A stretch of DNA of 63,257 nt, filler included, from Reticulomyxa filosa (taxonomy: Eukaryota > Protista > Foraminifera): the NCBI GenBank assembly GCA_000512085.1. It is 14 parts of 14 records of this genome, joined end to end, with 100 filler letters (N's around TTAATTAATTAA, not from the genome) between each part and the next. Parts side by side here need not be neighbours in the genome. Positions count along the whole stretch, not along the records: positions 12,262 to 13,444 come from ASPP01008002.1; positions 13,545 to 27,651 come from ASPP01026591.1; 12 more parts are not named here. One strand, 5' to 3'. Shown piece after piece: positions 12,262 through 26,700 of the stretch. The position numbers were made by a program, and so were the translations under genes. Each line of letters opens with the position of its first letter. Positions within the stretch are counted from its first letter, which is position 1. The notes under the pieces were generated by a model. The model was not told the origin of the DNA, made no database searches, and saw only the letters and a program-made list of their open reading frames with translations.

Positions 12262-12629
12262 TTTTTTTTTTTTTAAGAAAAAAAAGGGGGTGGAAGAAAC
12301 AAAAGAAAAGAAAGAGAAAGAAATCTTTTTTTTTGTCATTATGAATACCAATCAATAGAAAATGACCACACATCAAAAAAAAAAAAAAGGTACCACATTA
12401 TCAATTGTGATAAACTTGCGCACAAGTTCCATGGAAATTGCAAAACTGTCATCCGAGAACTCTTCCTCGGACGTTCAACCGGAAGGGTCCAGTGAAACAA
12501 ATATGAAGAGTTAAATCAAAAAAAAAAAAAAAAAAGGTTGAACTTGATTTTCAAACCAATCAAAAAACACACACGCACAAAAAAAAAGGAGAAGAACGAA
12601 GAGAAACAGAACAACACAGAGACAACGAC

Positions 12630-13358
12630 TTGCACTTGGTTCAATATGAGGATCCAATTGCAAAAATTGTAAACAACTCTTTAAATGCAGCAAAGAGACT
12701 ATCGAACGCTCAAAAGCACAAGCGATTTTTTGCGTCGAGACACAAGTCGATGAGTTTTATCGACATGATTAACAAGGAGGGGAATGCGAATGAGAGTGAT
12801 GACAATGCCCATGGCAGTGACAGTGAAGATGAAAATGGAGATGAAGAAGAAGAAGAAGAAGAAGAAGACAATGATTATTCCACTTTTTCATTTTTAAATC
12901 TAAAAAAAAAAAAAAACAAAAAGAAAAAAGCAAAGACAACCAGACAAAAAAAAGAGGTCGCAAGTACACATCGAATTGATGACGATACCAATAATGATGA
13001 CGACGATAACAACGTAGAGATATTGGACAGTGAAGTGCATGAGGATTTCCTATCGACTCTCTCGAGCAGGCGAAGGAAATGTAATACGATATTAGCCACC
13101 CCACGGACTGGACTTGAATCCCGCCACTATTCTAAGAGGACGCTGGTTCCGGACAAGTCCAAAGTAAAGACATGTCGCGGGTTCAACCAATCCGCTCATG
13201 TGGTCAAGCACGGAGACAACCGGATCACCGTCAACGGCATTCAAGATGGCATGCGAATCGCATTTGTGTTGGCCGGGGGGACGGAAGACACTGGGAAAAA
13301 AATGGATCAAATCGGGTCCGCCATCACCATTATCGACCAGTTTTGGACTGTGGCTTAG
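12630..13358 (+). CDS. Fragment of a hypothetical protein with acidic and Lys-rich tracts
   Basis: 242-aa open frame with poly-Glu/Asp and KKKKNKKKK, followed by the start of a more globular segment. Cut by contig ends. Confidence 0.5.
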   Translation: MHLVQYEDPIAKIVNNSLNAAKRLSNAQKHKRFFASRHKSMSFIDMINKEGNANESDDNAHGSDSEDENGDEEEEEEEEDNDYSTFSFLNLKKKKNKKKKAKTTRQKKEVASTHRIDDDTNNDDDDNNVEILDSEVHEDFLSTLSSRRRKCNTILATPRTGLESRHYSKRTLVPDKSKVKTCRGFNQSAHVVKHGDNRITVNGIQDGMRIAFVLAGGTEDTGKKMDQIGSAITIIDQFWTVA

Positions 13359-13644
13359 ATACATACGTATGTATATATGTATGTATCTCGTTCTCATCTC
13401 TTCCTCCCTTCTCTAATGCCACGTTTTTGATTGGTTGCATTTTTNNNNNNNNNNNNNNNNNNNNNNNNNNNNNNNNNNNNNNNNNNNNTTAATTAATTAA
13501 NNNNNNNNNNNNNNNNNNNNNNNNNNNNNNNNNNNNNNNNNNNNAAGGAAAGAAGTCACACTCCAATCGCAATGTTAGTAAATTTCAAAAAATCTTCTTC
13601 AAAACTTAAGAGATGTCGAATTATCTTAACACTTCCAAGAAAAG

Positions 13645-13941
13645 TTAATTAATAATTAATGTGATATTTATTAATTCTTTTTTTTTGTAATTCAAAGTTT
13701 GGAAATGATATTGAAACTGATTCATTACACCAAGAATTCGACACATTGCAATTCTTGCATCCTTCAAATCGTCTCTTATGAATATCCACAATGAAATCAA
13801 GGATACAATAATCACATCGTTGCTATTATGACCCAACCATACATGATGATTTGCATTCCAATCTCCTCCAATGACAATATATTCAGTTATTTTTAGCCAA
13901 TCCGCAATAATTACATACTTTGCGCTTCTTTGGGCATTCAA
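13645..13941 (-). mobile_element. Decayed APE-type endonuclease of a non-LTR retrotransposon
   Basis: YIVIGGDWNANHHVW matches the GDxNAHHxxW motif of LINE endonucleases. No intact RT frame nearby. Confidence 0.6.
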
Positions 13942-15573
13942 TCTGTAGCATTTCCTGCATGCTTGGAATGCGATTTTGGTCTTGATTTGCCTTTATCGAA
14001 TAGTTCCACTTTCACCGTTGAATATCCAATCTGAATATCATGTCTTCAATATCTTTATGACATAACAATTTACAAGTGATTTATTTTGTCCTAGCATTGA
14101 TTGAAGTATATCTTATGTGTAAAAACATTCTGCATCTGCCGTCCTGGTCGCTTCGCAAACCTTGTTATCAGCTAGTGTATTTCGGTTTGCCCGAAGTTCA
14201 ACCTTTTCCTCAAGCAGTAAAAGAGATACTCGGAAAAATTTAATAATCACGCCCACATATACAGTCACACAACACTAGATGTCGAACAGACAATTACCGA
14301 AAATGAATTGTAACAAAAAACTCTACCGAAATCTTTGCTTGAGAAAAACGCTTTCGACTTGTTTGATATTGATATATATGATCTTTCAATTCGAAATCTT
14401 GATGTTTCAACGACGATCTTGTGATTAAGATATAATTTTTTTTCATAGAATATTGCTATTCAATATACTTCTTTCAGTGGTAAGATGATGAAATTAAGTC
14501 AATTCCATATAATGATGAGTTCAATTAAGGTGCAATAGCGGAAGATGAAACAGCCAATGCATTGACATACATATCGACAAATAAAGCACAATAAGCAAGT
14601 GATAAAGAATATCAGTCAGATATTGTGATAATGAAATTGATATTCGATCACTGCATTATAACCAGACATGATTTCAGCTTGGCACAATACATCACAACTG
14701 ATTAGCAGCAACCAAGTTCGTGATTTAAACAACTTCAAGTTTTTCAAGTCAAATTTCAGTCTCAAAAGACTTTATTGTTTTTCTTTTAATTATTTTTTTG
14801 TATGTACCTTTTGGCCATTGTAAGATCTTGTGTTTGTTTTCCTTTTTGATGAAAAACCTGAGTTTGTGCATGTATAGATGGCAAAAGTATTTCAAGTTGA
14901 TTATGAAGCGAATAGTATTACCACTACAACCCATCTAAAAAAAAGCATCTAGATGCAAAATACCGGTAATAAACTCAAAAGTCAATTCTTCTCAATGCCT
15001 TCTGACTTCGTCAAAGCGGTAGTTATTAGTATATGCCTTTACTCGTTCCCCAGTGCTAAGACAGATTTTCCTTGGAGCCTTTTGGGCTTATTGCAAAGTC
15101 CTTCTTCACCTGTTGCTTACTTAAAGAAAGAAACTAATTACAAAAACGAAAAAAACTTGTTAAAAGCGACCGGGCAAGCCTCCTGTTTTTTAAACAAAAC
15201 AGAATAACTATCAATTAGTGGAAAATGATATAGCAAGTGATTATTATTACTTTCTTATCGTATTTCTTCTTTAATGTACTGAAAATCATGTAAAAAAATT
15301 TTAAATGTAAAAGGGTAAGTTTAAAAAAAAGAAAAATAATACAAAGTATTAGTAGATTTTTTGTTAAGTGTAGTGTCAATTAATGTCTTACAAAGTTATG
15401 TAAAGATGACAACAAAATTGCGTAACTGTAACCGATGCATAAAAAATACATCACGCTTTTTTACTTTTTTAACAAAAACAAGTTTAGTTTTTCTAAAAGC
15501 GGGCGTTGCCTTCGTTTTTGTTTTACAACACCTGTTTTCGTCGGTTGCATCAAATAATCAAAATAAATATAAA

Positions 15574-17426
15574 ATGAGTACTGATGTTAGAGAAATAGAA
15601 GAAAGAATTCCTTTGACTGCAAATCGTTCTTCTCTTCAACTCGGAGACAGTGAACTTCAAGACGCTGCTCGTCATCAAGCAGTGGTGGAAGAGACAAAGA
15701 AACAATTTATGCGTTTGTTAATAGTCTGTATTTTGCAGCTACTTTTATTTGGAAGTCGCCAAATTGTGTGGATATTATATGCACGGCAGTTTACAAGTAA
15801 CGAAGATGAAATAGGTGTTGTACAATTCGCAGGTTATTTCTTGGCGCCATTTGTGATATTATTTATGTCAGGGTATCTTGCACCGAAAATTGGCTACGAT
15901 TATGCTATTTTTGTGATGAGTTTATTGTTGTTAGTTGGAATATTATTGGAATGTTTGGCCGAATCGTTTTGGATGTTGGCATTGGGATCATTATTGGCCC
16001 AACAACGCATCGGTTTAATTACTCAAACATACAACGCATGGATATTGCCCCTGGTGGAATCGAAAGCGATGTTTGTTTCCATTCAGCAGGCAATTGCCCT
16101 GGCATACTTTTTTGGGACCAATATGCGGAGGTGTGATAGAAAACACAAGAAAACAGAAAAAGAATGTTCTTAAAAAAAAAATTCAACAAACAAATCAAAA
16201 ACGTGGCAGGGCTGCTATCCTACGCATTTTCGTACCGCATTAATTTTTATATCAACTTTGGGTTAAGTGTAATGTTGTCAAGTTATGTCGCCGTGGTGAT
16301 ATTGGGCTCCCAGAAGAAGTTGGAAGAACAACAATTGGCGTTGGTGGAAATCTACAACAGGTATCCGTTGGACGGTGAGAAGCCGAAGCGAGTTTCGCTT
16401 AGCCAGGGCTCGAAGACGTCCGGTGCCGCCAACAGTCTGAGCAATGCCAAAGATAAAAACAAGAGCAAAAGTATGAACCAAGTGGGATTTCTGGTCTCCA
16501 GTGAGTACCGCTTTCCGTCTGCCTTAGTGCATATGCAAAAGATGAAACAAGAGAATTCTACTACCTCAGTCGCAATCAACACGGATAGTGCAGAGGTGGA
16601 AAAGGGAGGCAACGTCACACCCACGTCGCAACAAACAGCTTCAGCTGAAGCTTTAAAGAGAAGATGGACGGTATTGATACTACTATTGGCTGAGTTACCT
16701 GTTTATTTGCTGGAGAAACTCTGGTTATTGTTTGGTGAGTTAATGTGTATATATATGCAAAGTCTCTATTTGTGTGATTTGTTAGATTAACAATTGTGCG
16801 AAACAAAAAGGTATGCAGTGTACATGAATGATCGATTCAATTCAAATACGGCCATTTCTAGTGCACAAATCGGAATACTTTGCATTGCCCTCATGATATC
16901 CGTCAACCGGGTACAATACACTTGCGCTATGGCACGTGAACGATACATATATACAACCCATGATGAAGCCATTCAAGAGGAATCACCCAATGTTGTCCTC
17001 GAACACAAGTTCTGCGGCGATACACTGCATAATCGCCCCGAGGAATATAACGGCACGCATCTTTTTGTGGTGTTTACCGTTTCCGGCTTTCTTTGCTTTT
17101 TCTCTTGTTTGCCGAGGTTTTCGGGGTCCAATGGATGGTTTAATGCCGAAACCTACAATTGGATTGGAAATATTTTCTTAGGTCTTTCCTTCGGCTTTGT
17201 TTTTGCTTCTCTGGATCTTATGCTTTTGGACTTGACGCCCAAAGATAGTCTTAAACTAGTTCAATCACTTAAAGCTTTTGGTGGCACTTTTGGAGCTGGT
17301 ATAATGATGGTGTGTGTTGGGGTTGCATGGTCGAGTACTGTTAATGCCATTTGGTATGCTTTTATCGGCAGTTTTTTTTTAGCTTTTTTGTGTTGGCTTG
17401 CAGCTATGGTACTGCTGAATTTGTAG
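15574..17426 (+). CDS. Major facilitator superfamily transporter
   Basis: About 6+6 hydrophobic helices around a hydrophilic loop; motif-A-like SGYLAPKIGY. After correcting a T-run (16108-16113) and splicing 16131-16209, it reads YFLGPICGGLLSYAFSYRINF. A second probable indel lies near 16702. Confidence 0.8.
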
Positions 17427-17833
17427 TATAGTGTCACCGATTCGGTTTTGCTCAACTTTTTTTTGTATCTTCTTTTCATGTTTGCCATTGTGGTGGAAAA
17501 TACACTATCGATTAGTTACATTTTGCTCTGTAAAAATTCTATTGAATACATCCAAGCAAATTCTGTTTTGTCGTGACAGTATATGATCCATTTTAAAAAA
17601 AAACTGCAGTACAAAAATGGCCAAGTTCATGGAGCTGGTGGAAAATGTGGACACCCTTTTTTTCCCCACAACAATATTTCCACAAAAACTTTTACAAGAG
17701 AGAATATTATGTCAAATTGTTCGTTTTTTGACATGTCTGCGACAAATCTTTCCTCAAGTCGAACGACGAAACTTCTAACAAAGTTAAGCGCAAGAAAAAG
17801 GTCCAAAAAGACATTTATTTAAAAAAGAACAAA

Positions 17834-20800
17834 ATGCAATACGATAATAGAAAAAGAAAAAGAAACTTCCAAGAACTGGAATCCAGCAATGAAAGTGAAG
17901 ATGGGAAAGTGTTGAGTGATTTAAGATGTGTTTTTGATTGGCTTTGTTTTTATAACACTGATCATAAACATTGGTAACAGAGAAAACTCAATTCCATCGA
18001 AACGTGCCAAAGTAGTCGTACGTGAAGGCAAGACGACAGAGCCAAAAATATCTAAAAGCAAGAGTTCGTACGACGAAAGATCTTCGGATGAAGAAATGAG
18101 CGATGACCTCAGTGATGAGCGCGACAGTTCAGCGAACTCGCCAAAAGCGAATCAAAACAAAGACAACGCTCTTTCTTTTCCAATGACTGATCACAGCGAC
18201 ATTGTCGATATTGACTGTGATTTTCCTCCGTGTTTCGTTGAGCAAAACAACCGCGTGCAAGAAATGCTAGGTTGGTGTGCGTTTTTGTGCTCTTCTTTTC
18301 TTTTTTTGATTGGTCGTGTGTCAGAAACACTGACAAACCAATCAAACAATCAAATGTTCTGGGAACGTTTCCAATCGCAGGATGGTTCACGGGCAACTCT
18401 TCGTTGAAGGCCAATTACGACAAAATCAAAGATTGGGCGAGTGAATTCGACAAGGACGACGAGTTTGGAATGGATTTGACCAACTTCATGTTTCACGTTT
18501 CGTTCAAATAAACAAAAAAAGTTGGTTGTAGAAATTCCAAAATCTCTTAACTGTAAAAAAAAAATAAACAGTTGGTGTTTTTTGATTGGGTGACACGACA
18601 TAAAACAAATTGTGTAGTGTGCAGGCATACGCACGTGGCAATTGACCAATCCCCAGTTGTGTTTGACGCCACCTGTGGACATATCGGTCAAAGACAAAGT
18701 GCGTGAGGTGTTGGAAAAGAGTCTCGAACACTCGCCGACCACCACGATGATGTTGGATAAAATTCGACAAGAGCTCGGGATTTTGAATGCGACCACGACC
18801 TTGAATGAGAATAGTGCAGCGTACTTGAAATGGAAGCAAATCTTTGAAAACGGCGAAACAGATGACATTTTGTTTGTGGACAAGCGCAAGCAGCAAAACA
18901 GACCAAAGACGAGCAAAGACAAAGCCGCAAATAAAAAACAGGTGATGACGCGCTACAAGTCGTTTTGGCATCACATCGTGAATGCAATCGAAGACCTGTT
19001 GTACGAAAACAAAGAAGACTGCATTGCATGCGTGCTAAGATTTTGCGAGCTGCTGTCTCGGTAAGGACTGTTTGCTCTGTTGCGACTCGATTGTCCATTG
19101 GCAAACAAATGTACATATAAATAATATATAAACATACATATTATATATAAACATACAACATGTACATATACATGCAAAGAGAGTCCAAAATCACACATTT
19201 GCGCAAAGTGAGCGTGTTGACGGCCATTTCCATTGGCGACGGCTGCGTGCATCTGATGGCAAAGGCCCGGCAAAGCCTTGAAAAGTGTGAGAGACAGTTG
19301 CACAAAGACACAAAGAAGGCCAACAAAGATAATGCGAAAAGCGAAAAGGAGGAAAAAGAGGAGGAGCAGGAAGAGCACGAAAAGGGGACGAGCAAAGCGA
19401 GAACAAAGCATAAAAAAAGTGCAAAGATGTCAAAGTTGGAGGAAAGTGTGGCCGATTTCAAGCAAAGAATAGATGCGTTGAAAAAGTTGACGACGTTCAT
19501 TTTTGAAAACATGATTTCGTACAAATCGAAAGATAGTCACTTTGAGATTCGCATGTGGACGTTGAATTGCATCACGGAGTGGGTGAACGCAGATCCGAGT
19601 CCAACGTCGTTTTTCAACGACACGTATTGGAGATACCTGCAAGAGGCCCTCACCGACCAGGTAAGCCCCACAATTTCGTTTTAAACACAAACAAGCGGAG
19701 ACACGAACACTGTGACATGCTGACATCCGAAACGAACGAACAGGAAGCGAGAGTGCGCGAGTGTGCGCTTAACAACTTGCAGGCCCTGTTTGACCCCGCG
19801 CGTCAAGTGTATCCGAGACATCAGTCGTCGCACCGTCTCAAGTCGCCCGAGACGCGCAAGCGCATCACCGACGCGTCGGCCAACAGCGCAGTGCATCACG
19901 ACCGAATGCATACGCTGAGCACGTTTTGGGAACGCGTCAAGGGCTCGGTGCTGATGCTGCTCAAAGACTCCAACGCCGACGTCGCGGCGAGCGCGATAGC
20001 GCTGTTGAACGTAATGCTGCGCAACGACAAGCTGTGCGCCATGGAGGGCGACGATATCCTGTGTTGCTTCTTGGACGAGCACGACGCCATTCGAAGAGGC
20101 AGCGCCGACTTTATCTTCTTCGACACGTTCGACGATGCGGCTCTGATCGCAACAACGGCCAAGCATCACAGCACCAGCGAACAGACGTTGGAGCTGGACG
20201 TGATGAACTACGAACGCTTCCGTGATGACATCCGCGAGTTGATATCGCTGGTCAAAGACCGCGTCATGGATCTCAACAGCAAGGCCGCAAATGGACGAAA
20301 GCGCATCGACGAGAGTGTCGCGGACGTGGCCAACACTCATTCGCCGTTGCATTGTCGATTCGATTCGATCACAGACTATTTGGTGTACGCTATGGAACAC
20401 AAACTCGTCGTGCTGCATCAATTCGATATCCTCGTCGAGGCGCTCCTGTCCACCGAAGAGTCCGCAAACCAACAACACGAGCGTGCGCTTCGTCGCGCGC
20501 AACTCAAAGGCGGCGTCCACGGCGTCCGCGAGGGCGACGTCGATCACAACAAAAAGGTGCTGCAGATCGTCGGTGAAATCGACCTGGACGAGTTTGGGCA
20601 GATCGCTCTCTGCTTCTTGACTCTCTCTGCAATGAGAGCCGCCAATGGCGTGTTGGAACACACCATTCGAAATCCCAGGGAGCTGCGAGGAGCGAGCAAA
20701 CTTTCCTTGCAAAAGACGCGCGCTGTTTTGTATTCTCGATTCAAATACATACACATGCCACTGCGTTGTTAAAACAAACAATTAAAAACACACACACACA

Positions 20801-23280
20801 TATATGCATACATATATGCATACATATATGCACACATATAACACGATAACTAGAGCCACGTACAAAGTATCTCAAAGGATGTGCTGCCGTCGCTGCCAAC
20901 TCTGCTGCGCGTGTTTCAAACAGACACGACAAAGTTGTTTGCCGTCGTTCAAATGGTCCCATTGATCCCAATCTCTGCGTTAAACTCTTCGACTGGGAAG
21001 CAATGCTTGGACGACATCTTGTTCATATTGCAAGACACGCTCTTCAAGCACGAAACCCACATTCGTCACACGCGGGATAAGCACACTCTTCGAACAAAGG
21101 ACGACAGTCGCGGACGCACGGGCTCCATTGGCTCTTCCTCTTCGCCTTTGCATTTGATCAATCAAAGCAAACTCTACGCAGACCCGCAAATATATGAAGT
21201 CATCGGACAGTCGCTGGCCTATTTGGCAAACAGCTCTTACGACTACAAAGCCGATGCCAGGAAAGCAATGGCCGAACTTGTCACACGTTTGATGAAACAA
21301 CGCAACTCGTGTCTCTCTCAAATCAAAAAAGCCTTGCATGATAATTTGGATTTGTGCAAGGTCAATTTCGACAACGAGGGACATTCCACTCAAGAATTCC
21401 GCTGTTTGCAAGACTGCTTTAGCAACTTGCATCGCATCAATGGACTATTGAAACATATGCATATTTCGCAATTGTCCTTTGATGTCAAATTGCAGACTTT
21501 ATTGGAGTCTGTGCTAAATGAAACTGTCCATCACGCAGTTGAGTTAACTTGCTTTTCCAAATCCCATTTGCTTGTTCTACTCGCAACATACAATATAAAA
21601 CAATTCATAAAAGCTGTTAGACGTACTCGTTCCGACTTTGTTGTATTGCATTTTGTGGGAAGTCAAAGGATTCAACTTTAATAATCCAAACACTGGCAGT
21701 GTTGCAATGCTGCACCAATTACGGGGATTCTATGCAAAAACTTTGCATTTTTTATGCCAAAAACTCATTGAACAACACGAAAACGCTTTCTTTATTTCTC
21801 TGTTATTTCAAATGTTGGATATTTTATTCGTTTTTTCTTCGCCAAATCAAGACAAAGGCGAAAATGAAAACGAAAACGAAGACACAGAACTGGTCAACAC
21901 TGTTTTCAATCACGACTTATTTAACGAAATAACTGGCGATGCTCCAGGTGTGAAGCCATTGCTATTGCAGGTGTTCATATCTCTATTAGATCGTCCGCTC
22001 GTACACGATCCTTTTGATCTTTCTATGTCTTGGAAATCTGAAAACGAATACATGCGTGCATTGATAAATTCTACTCGCTTATGCATTTACAATCCTGTGG
22101 ATATGCTTTCCTTTGGAGCGTTGGCGCTTTCAAAGTATCATCGCAAATTGTCTTTCAAACATATCAAATCAACTGAATTCAATGAGTTAAGCATCGTAGC
22201 GCTTTCATTGGCATTGACCTTTGATTTGGGTGTTTTTGTTTATCCCCTATAATACTAACTCTATCGATCCTTTTTTTTGTACTGTGTAAATAAAGACTGG
22301 AAGCCAGGAAGGAGGTATTTGACACAAGCACCAAAAATTGCGAAAACCAGATCTGTAGTCACTCAGATGATATTATTCGACAATTCATTTCTCACATGGA
22401 CAAATCGATGCATTATCAATTACAATTAATAGTACTCGAGGCCTTTAAGATAATATGTGAGGATACCAATAGCTCATCCATTCTTCCGGAATCCTTATGT
22501 AAGACGTTAGCGTCAATTCGAGGTATTGGAACAAAAACTGTTAGATATTTCCAAGTATTAATCGAGAAAACTTTGGATTTGGTTATTAACGAAAAGAATC
22601 TACACGACAAAAAGTATTTCATTTTGTTGCCTGGACTCTTGCATATTATTAGAGCCTCTACTAATACGGATAAAATTGCTTTGTTAAGTTTCCCTTTTGT
22701 TCATTATTTTGGTTTTCACTCAAACATGATTTTTTGTGTTGTTTAACAAAACAGTTGGAATTATTTGCAATCTTTGGAAAAGGGTCTGGTAGATGTTTCC
22801 AACTTTAAAGATGCTGATTACTATGAAAGTTTCAGAGAAGAGCTCAAGAAGAACTGGATGAAATGTATGTATTAAAAAATCTAAATCATTTTTTTTGCGA
22901 TCCTCCCCACAAAACAACGATCAGCTCTCCGAAACAGTTCAATTGTGGGTGTTTGTTTGTGTTTTTGTAAAAATATCATAGTGCGTGGCGTCAAAACAAA
23001 TGCCATTGAAATAGAAGATAAAAAAAATGAAGAAGTTCATGAAAAGCCTGCTCCAACAACGAAAACACAAAAACAACAGCGATCCAAAACTCTTAAAAAA
23101 AAGCCTCACAAATCCGTCCAAAAGCAAGCCAAAAGTGAAAAAAGCATCCCAATGAATAAAGACTTTAAAAAAATGCTTTTTAAATACAGCAAAGGCCAAA
23201 CAAGCGAAAATGAAGATGAGATTGAGCCAATTGAAGATAGTGAAAACGAGGCTGAATTGAACAAACGCAGCAGAAAATAA
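17834..23280 (+). CDS. STAG: Cohesin subunit Scc3/SA (STAG family), multi-exon
   Basis: IFENMISYKSKDSHFEIRMWTLNCITEWV..FFNDTYWRYLQEALTDQ|EARVRECALNNLQALF matches the stromalin conserved domain (xRDxxxEIRxxCxxxxGxW..FLxDSYLKYxGWxLxDxxxxVR). Also DLTNFMF, HLRKVSVLTAI, LLKDSNADVAASAI and LPSLPTLL. Confidence 0.85.
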
Positions 23281-23734
23281 ATAAATGTAAAAGGAATATC
23301 ATTAAGATTGGCACAGAAATATTAATATGGCTTTTCTTTGAAAAGAAATTATATTCGATTATCTGCTTTGACACAATTTGTTTACAATAATAACTGATAT
23401 TCAACTTTCACAACTGTGGCTTTTAAATCTTTCTACTTGTTTAATTTCATTGACTTGATTGAAATCCCATTAATAACTTTTTTCCTTAATTATTATATAG
23501 CAGTTTTTGTACGATAGGCCAATGAGCGATCTAACATTTATGAATAAATTTTTCTGTATGCTTTAAATGTATCACAAAAAAGATTGGAGAAGCTTGCAAT
23601 AATCAAAAAGCAATTGAAATAAAAAAGTATGGAGATATCCAAAAAAAAGTTTGTCTGTTGTTATTTTTTGTGATTGTCTTCTTTATGGCATTGCTCAGTC
23701 TTTGACAGGCCGTAATTTTTCTCTTCGTGTTTGG

Positions 23735-26700
23735 TTAAACGTTGTCATTTGGCCGATTCTTTGGAATTTTGGTCTTAATAAATTTGTCAAACGAAGTTGC
23801 TTTGTTGAACATTTGCTTCAATAAAAATCCTCTCCGAATTAATTCATCTAGTGATAAGTGCTGCGATTTTTTCAATTCAAATTGACGCAACAATTCCTGT
23901 CGAGATAAATGCAAGTGCTGACAACACTATTTTGTTGGCGCGAACATGTGCCATATTTTGAAAAATCCTGACAATAATTGATCAATTGTCTGATGTGAAA
24001 CATCAAAAGTCCTTCTCGGAACAATTCTTGCTTATTTAAATGAGGCCAGTCACATTTGTCTTCACGAGGACAACTACCGAGTGCATATTCCCAGCAATGG
24101 TCTATCACATGTGTACGATAATGATGCCCTTGACAACGTCGCTCAGCCAATCGCAACGGACAAATCCCCTTTTTTATTTTTTTTATTTTTTCTTGTTTGC
24201 ATGCTTTCTTTCCTTCAGTTTAGTCGTAGAAAGGGAAACAACTTACATCTTTTTTTTTTTTTACAAACATGACTTAGGAGCATTGAACATGGCATTGGCA
24301 AGTCAACAACAAATGGAAAGGTGTCAGGAATGTGACAATTATCAGAACCGGCATAGCGAATAGCACGGGGACCTATATAATCAACGACCTTTCTATCAAT
24401 TCGATATTGATCACCAATGAATCCATAAAAAATCAAATGTGTTGTCAGCGTTGTCTGTGTCTTCTTCTTCTTGAAATACTGCAAAATTATCGGTTTGAGA
24501 TTGATAAGCCAAAAGAAAAAAGTTATCCTTTCTCTTAGTGTTCTTGTCATTGCTGTCAAATAGTTGGGAATGAATTTTAAAGCAATGCTCAATTAAGTGA
24601 TACAAATTCAAATAAACGAATTGTAATCGTGGTTTTAAATCTAAAGCTTCGTTTTCATCTTCAAGCAACACTTGTTCCAATTCATTGTGCGGAATCGCAC
24701 GATTGTGACAAAGAGTATCTCCTTGTGCATTGAAACGAATGCGTGACAAGACCAGCTGGCAACGGCCACTTTGTCGAAGCAAGCAAGAAAAATACCATTG
24801 TAAACGTTGCGAGGCAGGTATCTTTTCCAAATTTTCCAATCCATATACCAATGCATCTTCGTTCAACGAGTGATTGTTCTTTGATGGTTTATTTTTCTCC
24901 TGTTTACGCTTGTGCGCCAATCCCTCTTGTTGTTTGTGTGATGGGAACGCTTCTCTGTCCAAGCTTAAATATTCAAGTTTGATTCCCGGATAACACCAAT
25001 CTCCATCCTATGTATAACAATATAAAGCAAGTAATTTTCATTTATGTTATCGATTGGTATTTTATTTATTTATTTATTTTTTTTTGTCATGCCTTGTTCA
25101 TTCCATGATTTCGAAATCGAATTAAAATATTGAAGCGATTCATTAAGTTCCACAAAGAGTATTCCAAAGCCGGATCGGTGTTGAAGGCAGCGCATTGTTG
25201 TTGTAAAAAAGCATTCCAATTATCGTGTTGTCCACGCTGTTGTTTCAAGTGATTCATTGCAAAGTTGGCTCTCATTGCGCGCTTGTGATACTTGGCATTG
25301 GCAGTTCTCGAATTCCAAAACTCTTTCACAACGGGCTTTCCAAACAGCAATACGCGACGATTTGAATGTTTGGTGTGAACAACTTTCCAAGGTAGTACAA
25401 ACGAACGCGTCCATTTGCCTTCTGAGGTGATATCACAAAGTGTGTTCACCACTGTCGAAGACATGATCACATCAATTCTTTGTTGTTTGCTCTCGACACT
25501 GTCCAGCAATGTGTGCACGTGCTCGTCTTGAGTGACACAAGGCAGTGGAATATGCACCAAGTGCGGTAGCTCATTATCCACGTGCGATGTCTCCACATAC
25601 TCGTTGACAGTCGGATAAAACACGGTGATGCATTGTGGCAAGTGGACTTGCAAATCTCCAACACTCGTTTTATTCTTGTGTTCTTCAAATAACTGCCATT
25701 GTGGAATTCGTTTGTTGTCATCTTTCGGAGAAGTGGTCGGGGACAAGAAACCGAGGAATTCAAACAGAGACTTGTGGGAATTATCGCAACTGCGTTTACT
25801 TTCGTCAAATGCGGGAGAGGAGTCAGCGTTATACCAATCCTCGCGACTGACATTGATGACATGACGATAGTTTTGCGGATACGTGGATTTCAGCAATTGT
25901 CGATGATGTTTCATCCATCGAATCAATAAAAAAAGACGATCACTTGAAATAAAACGGTATTTCATTTGTCCCTTTGGGATGTTTTGTCTTCGCCAAATCT
26001 TTGATTCACTTAATTCATTCGGCTCTTTGAATTCTTTCAAATAAAACCACTTTTGAAACTTGTTGCATTTGTCTTGCTCTGCTTCTACTTTGTTCCGGAG
26101 TTCTTCCCATTTCTGCTTTTCTTCTTCTGTCAATGTCTTGTTCCCAATCCATTCAACTTTTGTTTGAGAGAAACAGATAACAGAAAGAGATTGAAGGAAG
26201 GAAAAAAAACTTGATGAGTCCGATATTGCTTTTGAAATAGTTGAAAGTAGTCCTTACGATCTTGTAGACTAATAGTAGACTTGATTACTTTAGGAGGCTG
26301 CTTTTTATAGGGTTGTGAGGATAATAGTCCTTGTTTTCCGGCAACTGCTCGTGAAATCTCGCGTGTCATTATACGCTGTTTCTTTTGTATCCCCTTCAGC
26401 TCTTCTGGAAATTCCACTTTTTGTTGCTTGCTATTTTGTTTTCTTTTCAAAGGATCGTCCATTATGTCTTTTTCATTAGCGTCGCTTGGCTGTGTTGTGG
26501 GATTATTTATTGTCTTATCTATTGTCTTGTTCATTGTTTCATTCATTGTCTCATTCATTATCCTATCTCTTGTCCTATTCCTTGGTTTGTTGCTGTTATG
26601 TTGATTGTGCACACTTGGCTCATGTCCGGCTAGGTCTGCTATTTTCTCCTTTTTGGATCTGTCATTTGTTTCTGCTGTTCTGCCTTTGTCTGCTGGTGGC

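Noticed and set aside
14900-15200. Relatively GC-balanced patch considered as an snRNA or RNase P/MRP RNA
   Set aside because: Conserved boxes are absent or in the wrong order; no convincing structure or coding match.
19681-20781. 366-aa antisense ORF
   Set aside because: Shadow of the GC-rich STAG exon; no recognisable motifs.
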